Assembly (NCBI RefSeq): GCF_028368995.1 | Contig: NZ_JAQNDL010000003.1 | Span: 2,969,752 to 3,033,751, forward strand | Direction: 5' to 3' | Source of the DNA: Nannocystis bainbridge | GTDB lineage: Bacteria > Myxococcota_A > Polyangia > Nannocystales > Nannocystaceae | Length of the DNA: 64,000 nucleotides | Shown: positions 41,738 to 51,074 of the stretch, in pieces | Layout of the letters: the number at the start of each line of letters is the position of its first letter | Numbering within the stretch: position 1 is the stretch's first letter | The notes under the pieces: model-generated | The model's input: the letters and a program-made list of their open reading frames with translations, nothing else | The model's database searches: none | What the model was told of the DNA's origin: nothing | Position numbers and translations under genes: made by a program

Positions 41738-42094
41738 TCAGGAGATACCGTCGATGCAGTCGGCCACGGCGAACAGCGCCTGGTCGCCGGGGTCGTCGGG
41801 GTCGAAGCAGGCCTCGTCCACGCTCTGGGCGGCCGCGGGCAAGGCGGTGATCCGGCGAAAACCCTGGCCCGGGCGCAGACGCGGCGAGCGGAGCAGGTAC
41901 ACGCGTCCCCGCGAGACGTAGAAGACCCGGCGCTCGTCGGCGTAAAAACCGTCCCGGACGCGCACCAGCGCGAAGTCCTCGCCGTATACGTGCATCTCGA
42001 GCGTCGCGGCGGGCGCGGTGCGGGCGACCTTCCGGGTCTCCGGGGTCATGAAGGTCGCAAAGTCGAGCTGCTCCCAGGCCTCGTAAGCACGCAT
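41738..42094 (-). CDS. Hypothetical protein
   Basis: Coding-like composition and GC3 bias. Confidence 0.6.
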   Translation of the reverse strand: MRAYEAWEQLDFATFMTPETRKVARTAPAATLEMHVYGEDFALVRVRDGFYADERRVFYVSRGRVYLLRSPRLRPGQGFRRITALPAAAQSVDEACFDPDDPGDQALFAVADCIDGIS

Positions 42095-42348
42095 CGGTCG
42101 CCTCCGATCAGACAGCATTTAACAGCGGCCGGCACCCACGCCGTCAAGCGCCATCGCCGACAAGCCCGCGAGCCGGCTGTGCCTCGCGCTGGGGATAAGC
42201 CCGAGACCGCCGCCGGAACGCGCGACCGACGGGGCTCTGCGGCCATGCAGAAGCAGGATTCGCGCGTCCGCGCTTGAGCCCGCTCGCGCGAGCAAACCGC
42301 ACAGGCCGCACCTGCCGCGCCAAGGCCCGCGCGGAGGCGCGCAGCTCG

Positions 42349-42587
42349 CATGTCCTTTAAAACATGTTTTAAAGGGCATGGTCCAAAAGCCCTGCGCATG
42401 AGGACACGTCGAGCCGCGCCGGAGGGCCCAGGGCAGGAACAGCCTGACGAACTCGATTCACTCGAGCCCGAGCGACCCACACGAGCACCACCACGTTTAC
42501 GCATGTCCCTCGGAACATGCCCCTCAGGACATGCTCTTTGAAGCATGTCCCCCGGAGCATGCCCCTCAGGACATGCTCTTTGAGCAG
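42349..42587. repeat. Two 14-bp palindromic unit arrays
   Basis: Junctions at 42349, 42363, 42377 and 42391; and at 42502, 42516, 42530, 42544, 42558 and 42572. Confidence 0.95.
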
Positions 42588-42606
42588 AAGAGCCCGAAGG
42601 TACAGC

Positions 42607-43848
42607 TCAGCCGAGCTCGACGCGCACCGTCGAGATCAGCCGGCGCAGCGCGCGGGCCACCACTTCGGTGTCGGGGTGACGCAGGATCGCGTAGCCCTCG
42701 CCGTCGTAGGAGTCCGCGCGGGGTTGACCGATCTGCGGCAGCTTCACGTCGACCACCAGGGAGCCGAGGTCGCGCTGGGCCTCGTTCAACCCGTGGAGCG
42801 CGACCACGCGGGCGCCCGGGCGGGACTTGCCCTGACCGCGGAAGAACGCCACCCCGGCCGCGTACTTGCGCACCGGCGAGTCCCACTGATCCAGCACCAC
42901 CAGTCGGGCCCAGCGCTCGTAAAAATCGACGTCGTGGGCGTACGAGTTGAGGCTGACGATCTGCGCCCCGGGCGGGCGCGCGCCGACCTCGGAGATCGCC
43001 ACCGGCGGGCCGCCCGGGCGGTCGCGGCGGAACCACTCCATGTGCGACAGACCGGTGCCCATCCCGAGCGCCTGCAGGGCCGCCAGCGCGTGCGGGCGCG
43101 CGAGCCGGGTGTCCTCGGTCTCCTCCTCGCGCGGCATCATCACGGTCCACTGAATCCACGGGTTCTCGAGCACGTGCAGCGGCGGCGGATCGTACAGCGT
43201 CGACGAGAACCACACCGGCTTGCCCTGGATCGTCACCGTCTCGAACGAGCGCTCGCGGCCGGTCACGAACTCCTCGGCCACCGCCGGGCGCTCGGGCGAC
43301 GGGCGCAGCGCCGACAGGGCGTGGTGCAGCGTCTCGGCGTCGGTGACGCGGAACGTGCCCTTGGCCGCGGCCGCGTCGGGCGGCTTCAAGATCAGCGGGT
43401 AGCCGACGTCGAGCGCGAAGGCCCAACCCTCGCCGGCCGAGGTGATCCTTCGGTGGCGCGCGCACGGGACTCCGGCCCGCTGCAGCACGTCCTTCATGCG
43501 CGCCTTGTCGCGGAAGTTGCGCGACACCTCCTCGCCCATGCCCTCGATGCCGAGGCGGTCGCGCAGCTGACCGAGCTGGACCTGCAGCTGCTCGAGCGTG
43601 CCGAGCAGGCGGTCGACCCCGCCGAGGCGGTGCCCCACCGTCTTGACCGCGCCCTCGAGGTGGCCGACGTCGAGCGCGTCGGCGACCCGCTCGAACGCCG
43701 CCAGCCGGCGCCGCACCTCGGGCGCGATCCGGTCGAGCGGCTCCTGCGAGATCAGCCCCAGGCGCACGTTCGGCAGCGACGCCACCGCGTGCACGAAGCG
43801 CATCGTCGCCGGGAGGTTGAAGGGGGCGATGAAGATGACGGCGGGCAT
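42607..43848 (-). CDS. ATP-grasp amide ligase
   Basis: FRDKARMK, GYPLILKP, EEFVTGRE, HMEWF and SEVGARPPG motifs. Confidence 0.9.
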   Translation of the reverse strand: MPAVIFIAPFNLPATMRFVHAVASLPNVRLGLISQEPLDRIAPEVRRRLAAFERVADALDVGHLEGAVKTVGHRLGGVDRLLGTLEQLQVQLGQLRDRLGIEGMGEEVSRNFRDKARMKDVLQRAGVPCARHRRITSAGEGWAFALDVGYPLILKPPDAAAAKGTFRVTDAETLHHALSALRPSPERPAVAEEFVTGRERSFETVTIQGKPVWFSSTLYDPPPLHVLENPWIQWTVMMPREEETEDTRLARPHALAALQALGMGTGLSHMEWFRRDRPGGPPVAISEVGARPPGAQIVSLNSYAHDVDFYERWARLVVLDQWDSPVRKYAAGVAFFRGQGKSRPGARVVALHGLNEAQRDLGSLVVDVKLPQIGQPRADSYDGEGYAILRHPDTEVVARALRRLISTVRVELG

Positions 43849-43900
43849 GATCGGATGTCTCTTCGCGCAGGTCCTTCGGGACAGGAACCTACGGACAGGC

Positions 43901-44638
43901 TCAGGAGTGCTCGGCCAGGTACTTCGGCAGCATCTCGCGCCAGGTCGGCCAGTCGTGGTCGTGGTCCTCGCCCCACAGGTCGACGCGGTTGGGCACGCCG
44001 CGGCGGCCGAGCACGCTGGCGATCTCCCACGAGTTGCCCGGCCGGTCCCAGCGGCCCTCGCCGACCGCGAGGATCGCCAGGCGCGTGCGCAGGCGGGCCA
44101 GCTGCGGGCCCTCCGGCAGCGTCGGCACGAAGTGGATCGGCGAGAAGTAGTGGAGGTCGAGCGTGTGCACGCCGTCCATCCAGCCGGTGAGGTTGTAGGT
44201 GCCGCTCATGCCGATCGCCAGGGCGAACGCGTCCGGGTGGCGGATCAGCGAGGCGACCGCGTTGAGCGCCCCGATCGACGCGCCCGCGGTGATGATCTCG
44301 ATGTCGGGCGTCTGGCAGTCGGTGCGGATCGCCGGCACCAGCTCCTCGGCGACGAACGCGTCGTACTGGTTCTGCAGCCACGCCTTTTGCTGCGGCGAGC
44401 GGTCGTCGCGGATCCAGTTCTTCCCGGCCGTGCTGTCGGGCGAGTAGACCTTGATCCGGCCGGCGTCGATGAGCGGCGAGAGGGCGCGGATCATCAGCAT
44501 CCGCTCGCACTCCTCGCAGTCGCCCCCGGCCGTCGGGAACAGGAGCACAGGGCGGCCGTAGCTGCCCCAGCGCGCAAAGGAGACCTCCTGACGGAGGCGC
44601 GACGAGTACCAGGTCGAGCGACTCTTATCCATGGCCAT
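43901..44638 (-). CDS. Putative esterase (alpha/beta hydrolase)
   Basis: LLFPTAGG, GASIG nucleophile elbow, SGTY and HDWPTW motifs. Confidence 0.88.
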   Translation of the reverse strand: MAMDKSRSTWYSSRLRQEVSFARWGSYGRPVLLFPTAGGDCEECERMLMIRALSPLIDAGRIKVYSPDSTAGKNWIRDDRSPQQKAWLQNQYDAFVAEELVPAIRTDCQTPDIEIITAGASIGALNAVASLIRHPDAFALAIGMSGTYNLTGWMDGVHTLDLHYFSPIHFVPTLPEGPQLARLRTRLAILAVGEGRWDRPGNSWEIASVLGRRGVPNRVDLWGEDHDHDWPTWREMLPKYLAEHS

Positions 44639-44737
44639 GGTTGAGGAGGCACCGCGAGGCGGGCCGGGTGGCCGGCGCCGACCCCGTCGCGCGGGGCCGG
44701 TCGAACCGGTTCTTTGGGACATGTCCTTCGACACAGG

Positions 44738-46255
44738 CTAGTTCTTGGCCTTCTTGCCCTTGCCGCCCTTCGGCGGGGCGGCGGGCTTGAGCGGCGCGAA
44801 CGCGGCCGGCTCGGGCTGCGCGGCGACCTCGGCCGCCGGCGCCTTCTCGGTCGGCGTGGCGACCTCGGGCGTGGCGACCTCGGGCGTGGTGGTCACGGGC
44901 GTGGTGGTCACGGCCTCGGGCGTGGTCACGACTTCGGGCGTGCGCACGGCCTCGGGCGTGGTCACGACTTCGGGCGCGGCAGCGGCGGCCGTCGCCTGCT
45001 CCTTGGCCGTGTTCATGCGGTCAGCCTCGCACTTGCGCCAGAACTGGATCAGGCCGAAGAAGTGGTCGGTGAACGCCTCCACCTCGTGGGCGGGGAACAG
45101 CGCGGCGACCTTCTGGCGCACGAAGCCCTTGGCGGTGTCGGTGCCGAAGAACTCCCACGTGACCTCGTCGAGGTGCGTCAGGTGCTTGGCGACGAACTCC
45201 TGGAAGCGGTCGTGCTCCATCCGCTCGCGGGCGATCTTGGCGTAGCCGGCCAGGCGCTCGCGGTACGGCAGGTCCTTCTTGGCGATCTCGAAGAACGGCG
45301 CCCAGTCGAGGTTGAGCGCCTTCTTGCGCCCGGTCGCCGCGCAGAACAGCGACCAGCGGATCATGTTCTTGACCAGCTCGGGGAAGTGGAAGTGCAGCGA
45401 CGTGACCTGGAAGTCGGGGCACGCGTTGGCGAAGTCGATCGGGTAGAAGGTCCCCTCTTTGCGCAGCGACTCGCACGAGTTGAACTCCCAGCCGAAGAAC
45501 GCGTTGATGGTGAGGCAGGTGTCCTGGAGGACGCTCCACTCCTCGCCGTCGACGAAGAAGAAATCGACCTTGTAGCGGTCGTGCAGCGGCGCGTCGGGGT
45601 CGTAGCGGACGATGTGGACCTGCGGGCCGATGCCGATCGCGCGCACGAACAGGTCGAACGGGTCGACCGCGCGCTGCAGGTGCATCACCCGCCGGCCGCT
45701 CTGCTCGTAGGCCTTGAGCAGCTGCTGGGTGTTGTTGATCTTGGTGACCCCGACCCACGCGCCGCCGTCGTAGGGCTTCATGAACAGCGGATAGCCGAGC
45801 TTCTCGCCGATCTCCGCCAGCTCGAACTTCCGCCCGTAGCGCTCGAGCATCGGGTAGATGTCGGGGTTGTCGGGCGAGAGCTCGCGCGGCGGCACCATCC
45901 ACGTCTCGGGGATCGGCATGCCGAGGGCCATCATCGCCGAGTAGGTCGTGTGCTTCTCCATCGACTGGAGCGACCACGGATTGTTGAGGACGTAGAGGCC
46001 GTCCATCACCACGGCCTTCTTGATCCACTCGCGGCTGGTATGGAACCAGTGCGTCAGGCGATCGAGAACCATGTCGTAGCGGACAGGCTGACGTAGGTTG
46101 AACGGCTCGACGCTGACGCGCTCGACGTGGAACCTGATCGCGTCCTCGCCCGAGGGGATGCTGAGATCGAGGCGATTGACGATCTCCTCATAGCAAGCGG
46201 GCCAGCACAGGTCGGCCCCGAGGGACAATCCGATGTTCTTGGTGACGTTGGCCAT
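44738..46255 (-). CDS. ATP-grasp ligase (RimK/glutathione synthetase-like) with repetitive tail
   Basis: AGGAG RBS; LNNP, GYPLFMKPYDGGAW and IDFANACPD motifs; PEVVTT-type tail. Confidence 0.85.
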   Translation of the reverse strand: MANVTKNIGLSLGADLCWPACYEEIVNRLDLSIPSGEDAIRFHVERVSVEPFNLRQPVRYDMVLDRLTHWFHTSREWIKKAVVMDGLYVLNNPWSLQSMEKHTTYSAMMALGMPIPETWMVPPRELSPDNPDIYPMLERYGRKFELAEIGEKLGYPLFMKPYDGGAWVGVTKINNTQQLLKAYEQSGRRVMHLQRAVDPFDLFVRAIGIGPQVHIVRYDPDAPLHDRYKVDFFFVDGEEWSVLQDTCLTINAFFGWEFNSCESLRKEGTFYPIDFANACPDFQVTSLHFHFPELVKNMIRWSLFCAATGRKKALNLDWAPFFEIAKKDLPYRERLAGYAKIARERMEHDRFQEFVAKHLTHLDEVTWEFFGTDTAKGFVRQKVAALFPAHEVEAFTDHFFGLIQFWRKCEADRMNTAKEQATAAAAAPEVVTTPEAVRTPEVVTTPEAVTTTPVTTTPEVATPEVATPTEKAPAAEVAAQPEPAAFAPLKPAAPPKGGKGKKAKN

Positions 46256-46331
46256 GTCGGCTTCTCCTACGGCAGCCGCGACTCTTGCCAAATTCGCCCC
46301 AGTTTGCAAGGGCCGGCGCCAGCGCCGTCGG

Positions 46332-47498
46332 CTACTCGTAGACCATCCACAGCGGCCCCGGGAACAGCCACGAGAGCCCGCTCCGCAGGCGATCGCGCCA
46401 GTTCTCCCAATTATGACCGTCGCGCGCCTCCTCGTACTTGACCTCCATGCCGGTCGATTGGAGGAGCGGCACCAGCGACCGGTTCTCGTAGATGAGGCTC
46501 TCGTAGGTGCCGCAGCTGAGATAGACCTTGTCGCTCGGCCTGCCCGGGTTCTCGCGGAAGTTGTTGACGAAGTCGACGACCTTGGCGAACACCGGTCCGC
46601 GCTTGCTCTCGCCGATGTCGGTGAACGCGAAGCTCCCCGATTGCAGGAGCAGCCGCCCGAACGTGCCCGGGTAGCGCCACGCGGTCGAGAGCGAGGCGAC
46701 CCCGCCGAAGCTCGCGCCCATCAGGCACCGCGCCGCGGGCGCCGCGTACAGCGGGTACTGCTTCTCCATGAAGGGCAGCAGGTGCTCGGCGATGAAGGCC
46801 GCGTGGAGCGGGTTGTTGGGGTACTCGCCGATGCGGTCGCCCGGGTGGGTCAGCGCGGCCACCAGCGGCGCGACCTCGAGGCGGTGGATCAGGTTGTCGA
46901 GCACCGACTTGAGCGCCGCGTAGCGCATGTAGTCGCCGCCGTCGTGGACGATGAGCAGCGGGTACCGGCGGCTCTCGCGGAACCGGGCCGGCAAGTAGAT
47001 GCTGACCCGCTGGGTCCCGAGCGGCGTGCCCTCGAGCTGGGTCTCGATCATCGTCCCCGGCCTGGCCTCCGGGTCATGTTCGGCCCAGCCGGGCGTGCGA
47101 TAGCCCTGGCCGTGGGCCACCGAGTTGGCGCCGAACGGGTCGTGCGCGAGGTTGGGGTTCAGCGGGTCGCGGATCCACGTGCCGGTGCCGCCGAGGATCA
47201 CCTCGAGCTTGTATTCGACGCGCGACTGCGGCGGCAGCTCGAGCGTGTGGTACCAAAAGTCGCTGCTGCCGACCCGCGTAAACGGCTGCGACGAGCCGAG
47301 GCCGAACACCCAGTGGCGCAGGTTCACCTGGTCGCCCGGGCCGCGGTAGACGAACGTCGCGTTGCGCCCCTCGATCAGCGGGAACGAGTGCGTGCGCAGG
47401 AACTTGTCGATCGCCGCCGCGTCGACCGGGCCGTGCGCGAGGAAGCTCTGGATCGCCAGCTTCATGGGCGGGTGCAGACGGGTGTTCATGGCCGGCAT
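46332..47498 (-). CDS. Fes-like esterase with N-terminal Ig/CBM48-like domain
   Basis: RVEYK...DPLNP...FGANS N-terminal domain; YLP, HDGGDY, GASFGG and GHNWENW motifs. Confidence 0.88.
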   Translation of the reverse strand: MPAMNTRLHPPMKLAIQSFLAHGPVDAAAIDKFLRTHSFPLIEGRNATFVYRGPGDQVNLRHWVFGLGSSQPFTRVGSSDFWYHTLELPPQSRVEYKLEVILGGTGTWIRDPLNPNLAHDPFGANSVAHGQGYRTPGWAEHDPEARPGTMIETQLEGTPLGTQRVSIYLPARFRESRRYPLLIVHDGGDYMRYAALKSVLDNLIHRLEVAPLVAALTHPGDRIGEYPNNPLHAAFIAEHLLPFMEKQYPLYAAPAARCLMGASFGGVASLSTAWRYPGTFGRLLLQSGSFAFTDIGESKRGPVFAKVVDFVNNFRENPGRPSDKVYLSCGTYESLIYENRSLVPLLQSTGMEVKYEEARDGHNWENWRDRLRSGLSWLFPGPLWMVYE

Positions 47499-48421
47499 CA
47501 GTGCAGCGCCACCAGGTGGCCGTCGGTGCGGAGCTGGAACGTGTTGGACCCGGCGCTCCAGCGCGGGCCGTCGAAGTGGATGAAGCAGCGCTCGTCGAGC
47601 GCCACGCAGGTGGCCGGCGCGAACCGGCGGGCGAACACCGTGATGCGCCCCGGGTCCTGCAGGTTGAGCCGCCGGCGCGCGTGCGGCAGCGGGACCACGC
47701 CCGGGAACAGCCCGAGCCCACCTTCTAGGACCTCGGCGTTGCCGCGGCCCTGCGGCGGGCTGTCGTGGAACAGCACGATCCGGCTGGCCAACACCATCGC
47801 CCCGGCCGACCAGGCGATGATCGGCAGGTCGGCGAGACGTGGCCCGAGGTCGAACAGCCGCAGGCGGTTATAGAGGACCGCCACGTGCCCGCCGGCGATC
47901 GCCACCCCGGCGCAGTCGGCCAGGATCGCCTCGATCTCCTTGAGCTGCTTGAGGATCGCCGGCCGCTCGAGCGGCTTCACCTTGCGATCGAAGTCCCGCT
48001 GGATGTGCTGGGTCTTGACCACGTGGTGGGCGTCGAGCAAGCGGACGGCCTGGACCGCCTCCTCCAACTCGGCGTCGACGAGGTCGCGCGGCGCCTGGGC
48101 CTGCTGGACCCGCCGCGCCGCCTTGAGGTGGCTGGCGAGCCGCAAGCGGTACAGGTCCTGCAACTGGCGCAGACGGTCCTGCTTGGCCCGGTGGGCGGCG
48201 AACAGCTCGGGGTCCTCGCGGAAGGCCGTCTCGGCCCGCGCGTGCAGCATCAAGTTGACGGCCCGGTTGCCGAACGCGGCGCACAGCTCCTGGTCCTCGT
48301 CCTCGCGCTCCTGCCAGCCCGCGGTGACGGCGGCGATCGGGCCGTCGATGCCGAGCATGTCGGCCGCCTTGTCGACGATCGGGTGGAGGCGTTGGGGGCC
48401 GAGGAGCACGCCTCGGGTCAT
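47498..48421 (-). CDS. Peptidase S51 (peptidase E/cyanophycinase)-like class I GATase-fold protein
   Basis: VTAGW, IAGGH, AWSAGAM (Ser nucleophile), GLG and LPH motifs. Confidence 0.75.
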   Translation of the reverse strand: MTRGVLLGPQRLHPIVDKAADMLGIDGPIAAVTAGWQEREDEDQELCAAFGNRAVNLMLHARAETAFREDPELFAAHRAKQDRLRQLQDLYRLRLASHLKAARRVQQAQAPRDLVDAELEEAVQAVRLLDAHHVVKTQHIQRDFDRKVKPLERPAILKQLKEIEAILADCAGVAIAGGHVAVLYNRLRLFDLGPRLADLPIIAWSAGAMVLASRIVLFHDSPPQGRGNAEVLEGGLGLFPGVVPLPHARRRLNLQDPGRITVFARRFAPATCVALDERCFIHFDGPRWSAGSNTFQLRTDGHLVALH

Positions 48422-48522
48422 GGAGTTGTTCTCCTGCGCGAGCCCGTGGTAAGGCCCCTCTGGGGCTTCATCGCGTCGACCCGTTCGACGCAATCGGCGG
48501 CCCGGAGGGGTACAATCTCGTC

Positions 48523-49743
48523 ATGCATGTCCTGTTCGTCGCCCCGCACTTTCCCTCTTACCAGAGGCATTTTGTCCGCGCCATGCATTCGGTCGGCGCC
48601 CGCGTGACCGGGATCGGCGAAGCGCATCCTTCGCAGCTCGACGACGAACTGAAGAGCTGGCTGCACGGCTACGAGCAGGTGCCCTCGGTGGTCGACGAAG
48701 GTGCTCTCTACGACGCTGTCCGGCGCTGCCAAAAGCGCGAGTGGGTCGACCGCCTCGAGTGCACCATCGAGGCCCACATCATCTCCACCGCCAAGGTGCG
48801 CGAGGCGACCAAGATCCCCGGGCCTTCGGTGCAGTCGGCGATGCTGTGCCGCGACAAGCCGATGATGAAGGAGTTCCTGCGCAAGCACGACATCCCGTGC
48901 GCGCAGTCGACCGGCGTCGACACGATCGAAGAGGGCCTGGCCTTCGCGCGTCGGGTCGGCTTCCCGCTGATCGTCAAGCCGCGCGCCGGCGCCGGCGCCT
49001 CGGGCACCTCGCGCGTCGACGCCGAGCCGCAGCTCGTGCAGACCCTCCGCGAGATGAACGTCGGCCGCGGCGCCTCGGTCGCGCTCGAGGAGTTCATCGA
49101 GGGCCACGAGGGCTTCTACGACACGCTCTCGATCGACGGCCGCCCGGTGTTCGAGTTCGTCTCGCACTACTACCCCAACGTGCTCGACGCGATGCGCAAC
49201 CGGTGGATCACGCCGTACATCGTCTCGACCAACCGCCTCGACGGGTCCGGCTACGACAACCTCAAGGAGATGGGCCGCAAGGTGATCGAGGTGATGGACC
49301 TCGGCACCACCGCGACCCACATGGAGTGGTTCTCCGGGCCCAAGGGCCTCAAGTTCTCCGAGATCGGCTCGCGCCCGCCGGGCGTCGGTCAGTGGGACGT
49401 CTACGCCGACGGCAACGACATCGACATCTACCGCGAGTGGGCCAACGCGGTCGTGCACGGCCGGGTCGAGCGGCGGCCGTCGCGGCGGTTCGCCAGCGGC
49501 ATCATCGCCCTGCGGCCCGACCGCGACGGGCGGATCCGCGGCTACGAGGGCCTCGACGACGTCCAGCGCCGCTTCGGCCAGTACATCTGCCGCGCCCACC
49601 TGCCGCCCGCCGGCTGGCCGACCCAGCCGATCGAGGCCGGCTACATGGCCAACGCGTGGATTCAGATGCGTCACCCCGACTACGACGCGATGCGCGAGAT
49701 CTTCGAGATCATCGGCCGCACCGTGAAGGTCCGCGCCGGCTGA
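48523..49743 (+). CDS. ATP-grasp amide ligase
   Basis: RDKPMMK, GFPLIVKP, EEFIEGHE, HMEWF and SEIGSRPPG motifs. Confidence 0.9.
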   Translation: MHVLFVAPHFPSYQRHFVRAMHSVGARVTGIGEAHPSQLDDELKSWLHGYEQVPSVVDEGALYDAVRRCQKREWVDRLECTIEAHIISTAKVREATKIPGPSVQSAMLCRDKPMMKEFLRKHDIPCAQSTGVDTIEEGLAFARRVGFPLIVKPRAGAGASGTSRVDAEPQLVQTLREMNVGRGASVALEEFIEGHEGFYDTLSIDGRPVFEFVSHYYPNVLDAMRNRWITPYIVSTNRLDGSGYDNLKEMGRKVIEVMDLGTTATHMEWFSGPKGLKFSEIGSRPPGVGQWDVYADGNDIDIYREWANAVVHGRVERRPSRRFASGIIALRPDRDGRIRGYEGLDDVQRRFGQYICRAHLPPAGWPTQPIEAGYMANAWIQMRHPDYDAMREIFEIIGRTVKVRAG

Positions 49744-49754
49744 GGAGCCAGTCC

Positions 49755-50972
49755 ATGAAGGTCCTCTTCATCTCCCCCCACTATCCCGAAGAGATGCTGG
49801 ACTTCACCCGCGGCCTCGCCGAGGTCGGGGCCCAGGTCTACGGCGTCGGCGAGCTGCCGAAGGCCGCGCTGCCGGCCAAGGTCCAGCGGCACCTCCGCGA
49901 CTACTTGCAGATCCCCAGCCTGTTCGACGAGGACTCGGCCGTCCGCCACATCGTCCAGGCGGCCCGGCGGTTCCGCCCCGACCGCGTCGAGTGCCTGTGG
50001 GAGCCGTGCGTCGTGCTGGCGGCGCGCGTGCGCCAGGAGCTCGGCATGCCAGGCATGAGCCCCGACGTCGCCATCGGCTTCCGCGACAAGCCGATCATGA
50101 AGCAGCGGCTGTTCGACGCCAACCTCCGCGTGCCGCGGTTCGCCCGCGTCCGCACCGCCAAGGAGGCGTTCGAGGCCGCCTACGCGATCGGCTACCCGGT
50201 GTGCGTCAAGCCGGTCGCCGGCGCCGGCTCGGCCGACACCTACCGCGTCGGCGACGACGCCGAGCTGCGCGCGGTCCTCGGCGCCGTCGAGCGCCACCCC
50301 GAGATCAACCTCGAGGAGTACATCGAGGGCGAGGAGTTCACCTACGACACCGTCTGCATCGACGGCGAGCCGGTGTTCGAGAGCGTCGCCCAGTACTTCC
50401 CCAAGCCGATGGAGGGCCGCAACAACGAGTGGATCACGCCGGCCCAGGTGGTCTTCCGCGACCCCTATCAGCCGGCGCTGATGCCCGGCATCGAGCTCGG
50501 GCGCAAGGTCATCAAGGCGCTCGGCATGACCACCGGCTTCACCCACATGGAGTGGTACAAGAAGCCCAACGGCGAGGCCGTGTTCGGCGAGATCGCCGCC
50601 CGCTCGCCCGGCGGCAAGCTCGTCGACCAGATGAACTTCGCCAACGACTTCGACCTCTACCGCGAGACCGCCCGCGCGATCTGCTGGAAGAGCTTCGAGG
50701 CCAAGCCGCAGCGGCGCTACCACGTCGCCGCGCTGTTCAAGCGGGCCGTCGGCCAGGGCAAGATCCGCCGCATCGAGGGCCTCGACCAGATCCAGCAGCG
50801 CCTCGGCCCCAGCCTCGTCGTCACCGACCTGCTACCGGTCGGCAGCAACCGCCGCGACTGGCGCCAGACCCTGCTGTCCGACGGCTTCATGATCCTGCGC
50901 CACCCGGACTTCCGCACCTGCATGGACATGATGCGCTTCGCCATCTCGACCCTGCGGATCCACGCCGCCTGA
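49755..50972 (+). CDS. ATP-grasp amide ligase
   Basis: GAGGAG RBS; FRDKPIMK, GYPVCVKP, EEYIEGEE, HMEWY and EIAARSPG motifs. Confidence 0.9.
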   Translation: MKVLFISPHYPEEMLDFTRGLAEVGAQVYGVGELPKAALPAKVQRHLRDYLQIPSLFDEDSAVRHIVQAARRFRPDRVECLWEPCVVLAARVRQELGMPGMSPDVAIGFRDKPIMKQRLFDANLRVPRFARVRTAKEAFEAAYAIGYPVCVKPVAGAGSADTYRVGDDAELRAVLGAVERHPEINLEEYIEGEEFTYDTVCIDGEPVFESVAQYFPKPMEGRNNEWITPAQVVFRDPYQPALMPGIELGRKVIKALGMTTGFTHMEWYKKPNGEAVFGEIAARSPGGKLVDQMNFANDFDLYRETARAICWKSFEAKPQRRYHVAALFKRAVGQGKIRRIEGLDQIQQRLGPSLVVTDLLPVGSNRRDWRQTLLSDGFMILRHPDFRTCMDMMRFAISTLRIHAA

Positions 50973-50986
50973 ACCGAGCCTGCAGG

Positions 50987-51068
50987 TGTACGAAGGGACA
51001 TGCCCAAACGGGCATGTCCCTTTTTCCATGCGCGAAAGGGCATGTCCTTGTGGACATGCCCCTTCGTT
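50987..51068. repeat. 14-bp palindromic unit array between convergent genes
   Basis: CATG at 50999, 51013, 51027, 51041 and 51055. Confidence 0.93.
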
Positions 51069-51074
51069 CAGGCT

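Noticed and set aside
42502-42580. Resemblance of the 14-bp motif to the p53 half-site (RRRCATGYYY) and the E. coli LexA box (CTGT-N8-ACAG)
   Set aside because: p53 is irrelevant in bacteria. The sites lie at gene 3' ends and inside genes rather than at SOS promoters, and the described myxobacterial LexA box is different.
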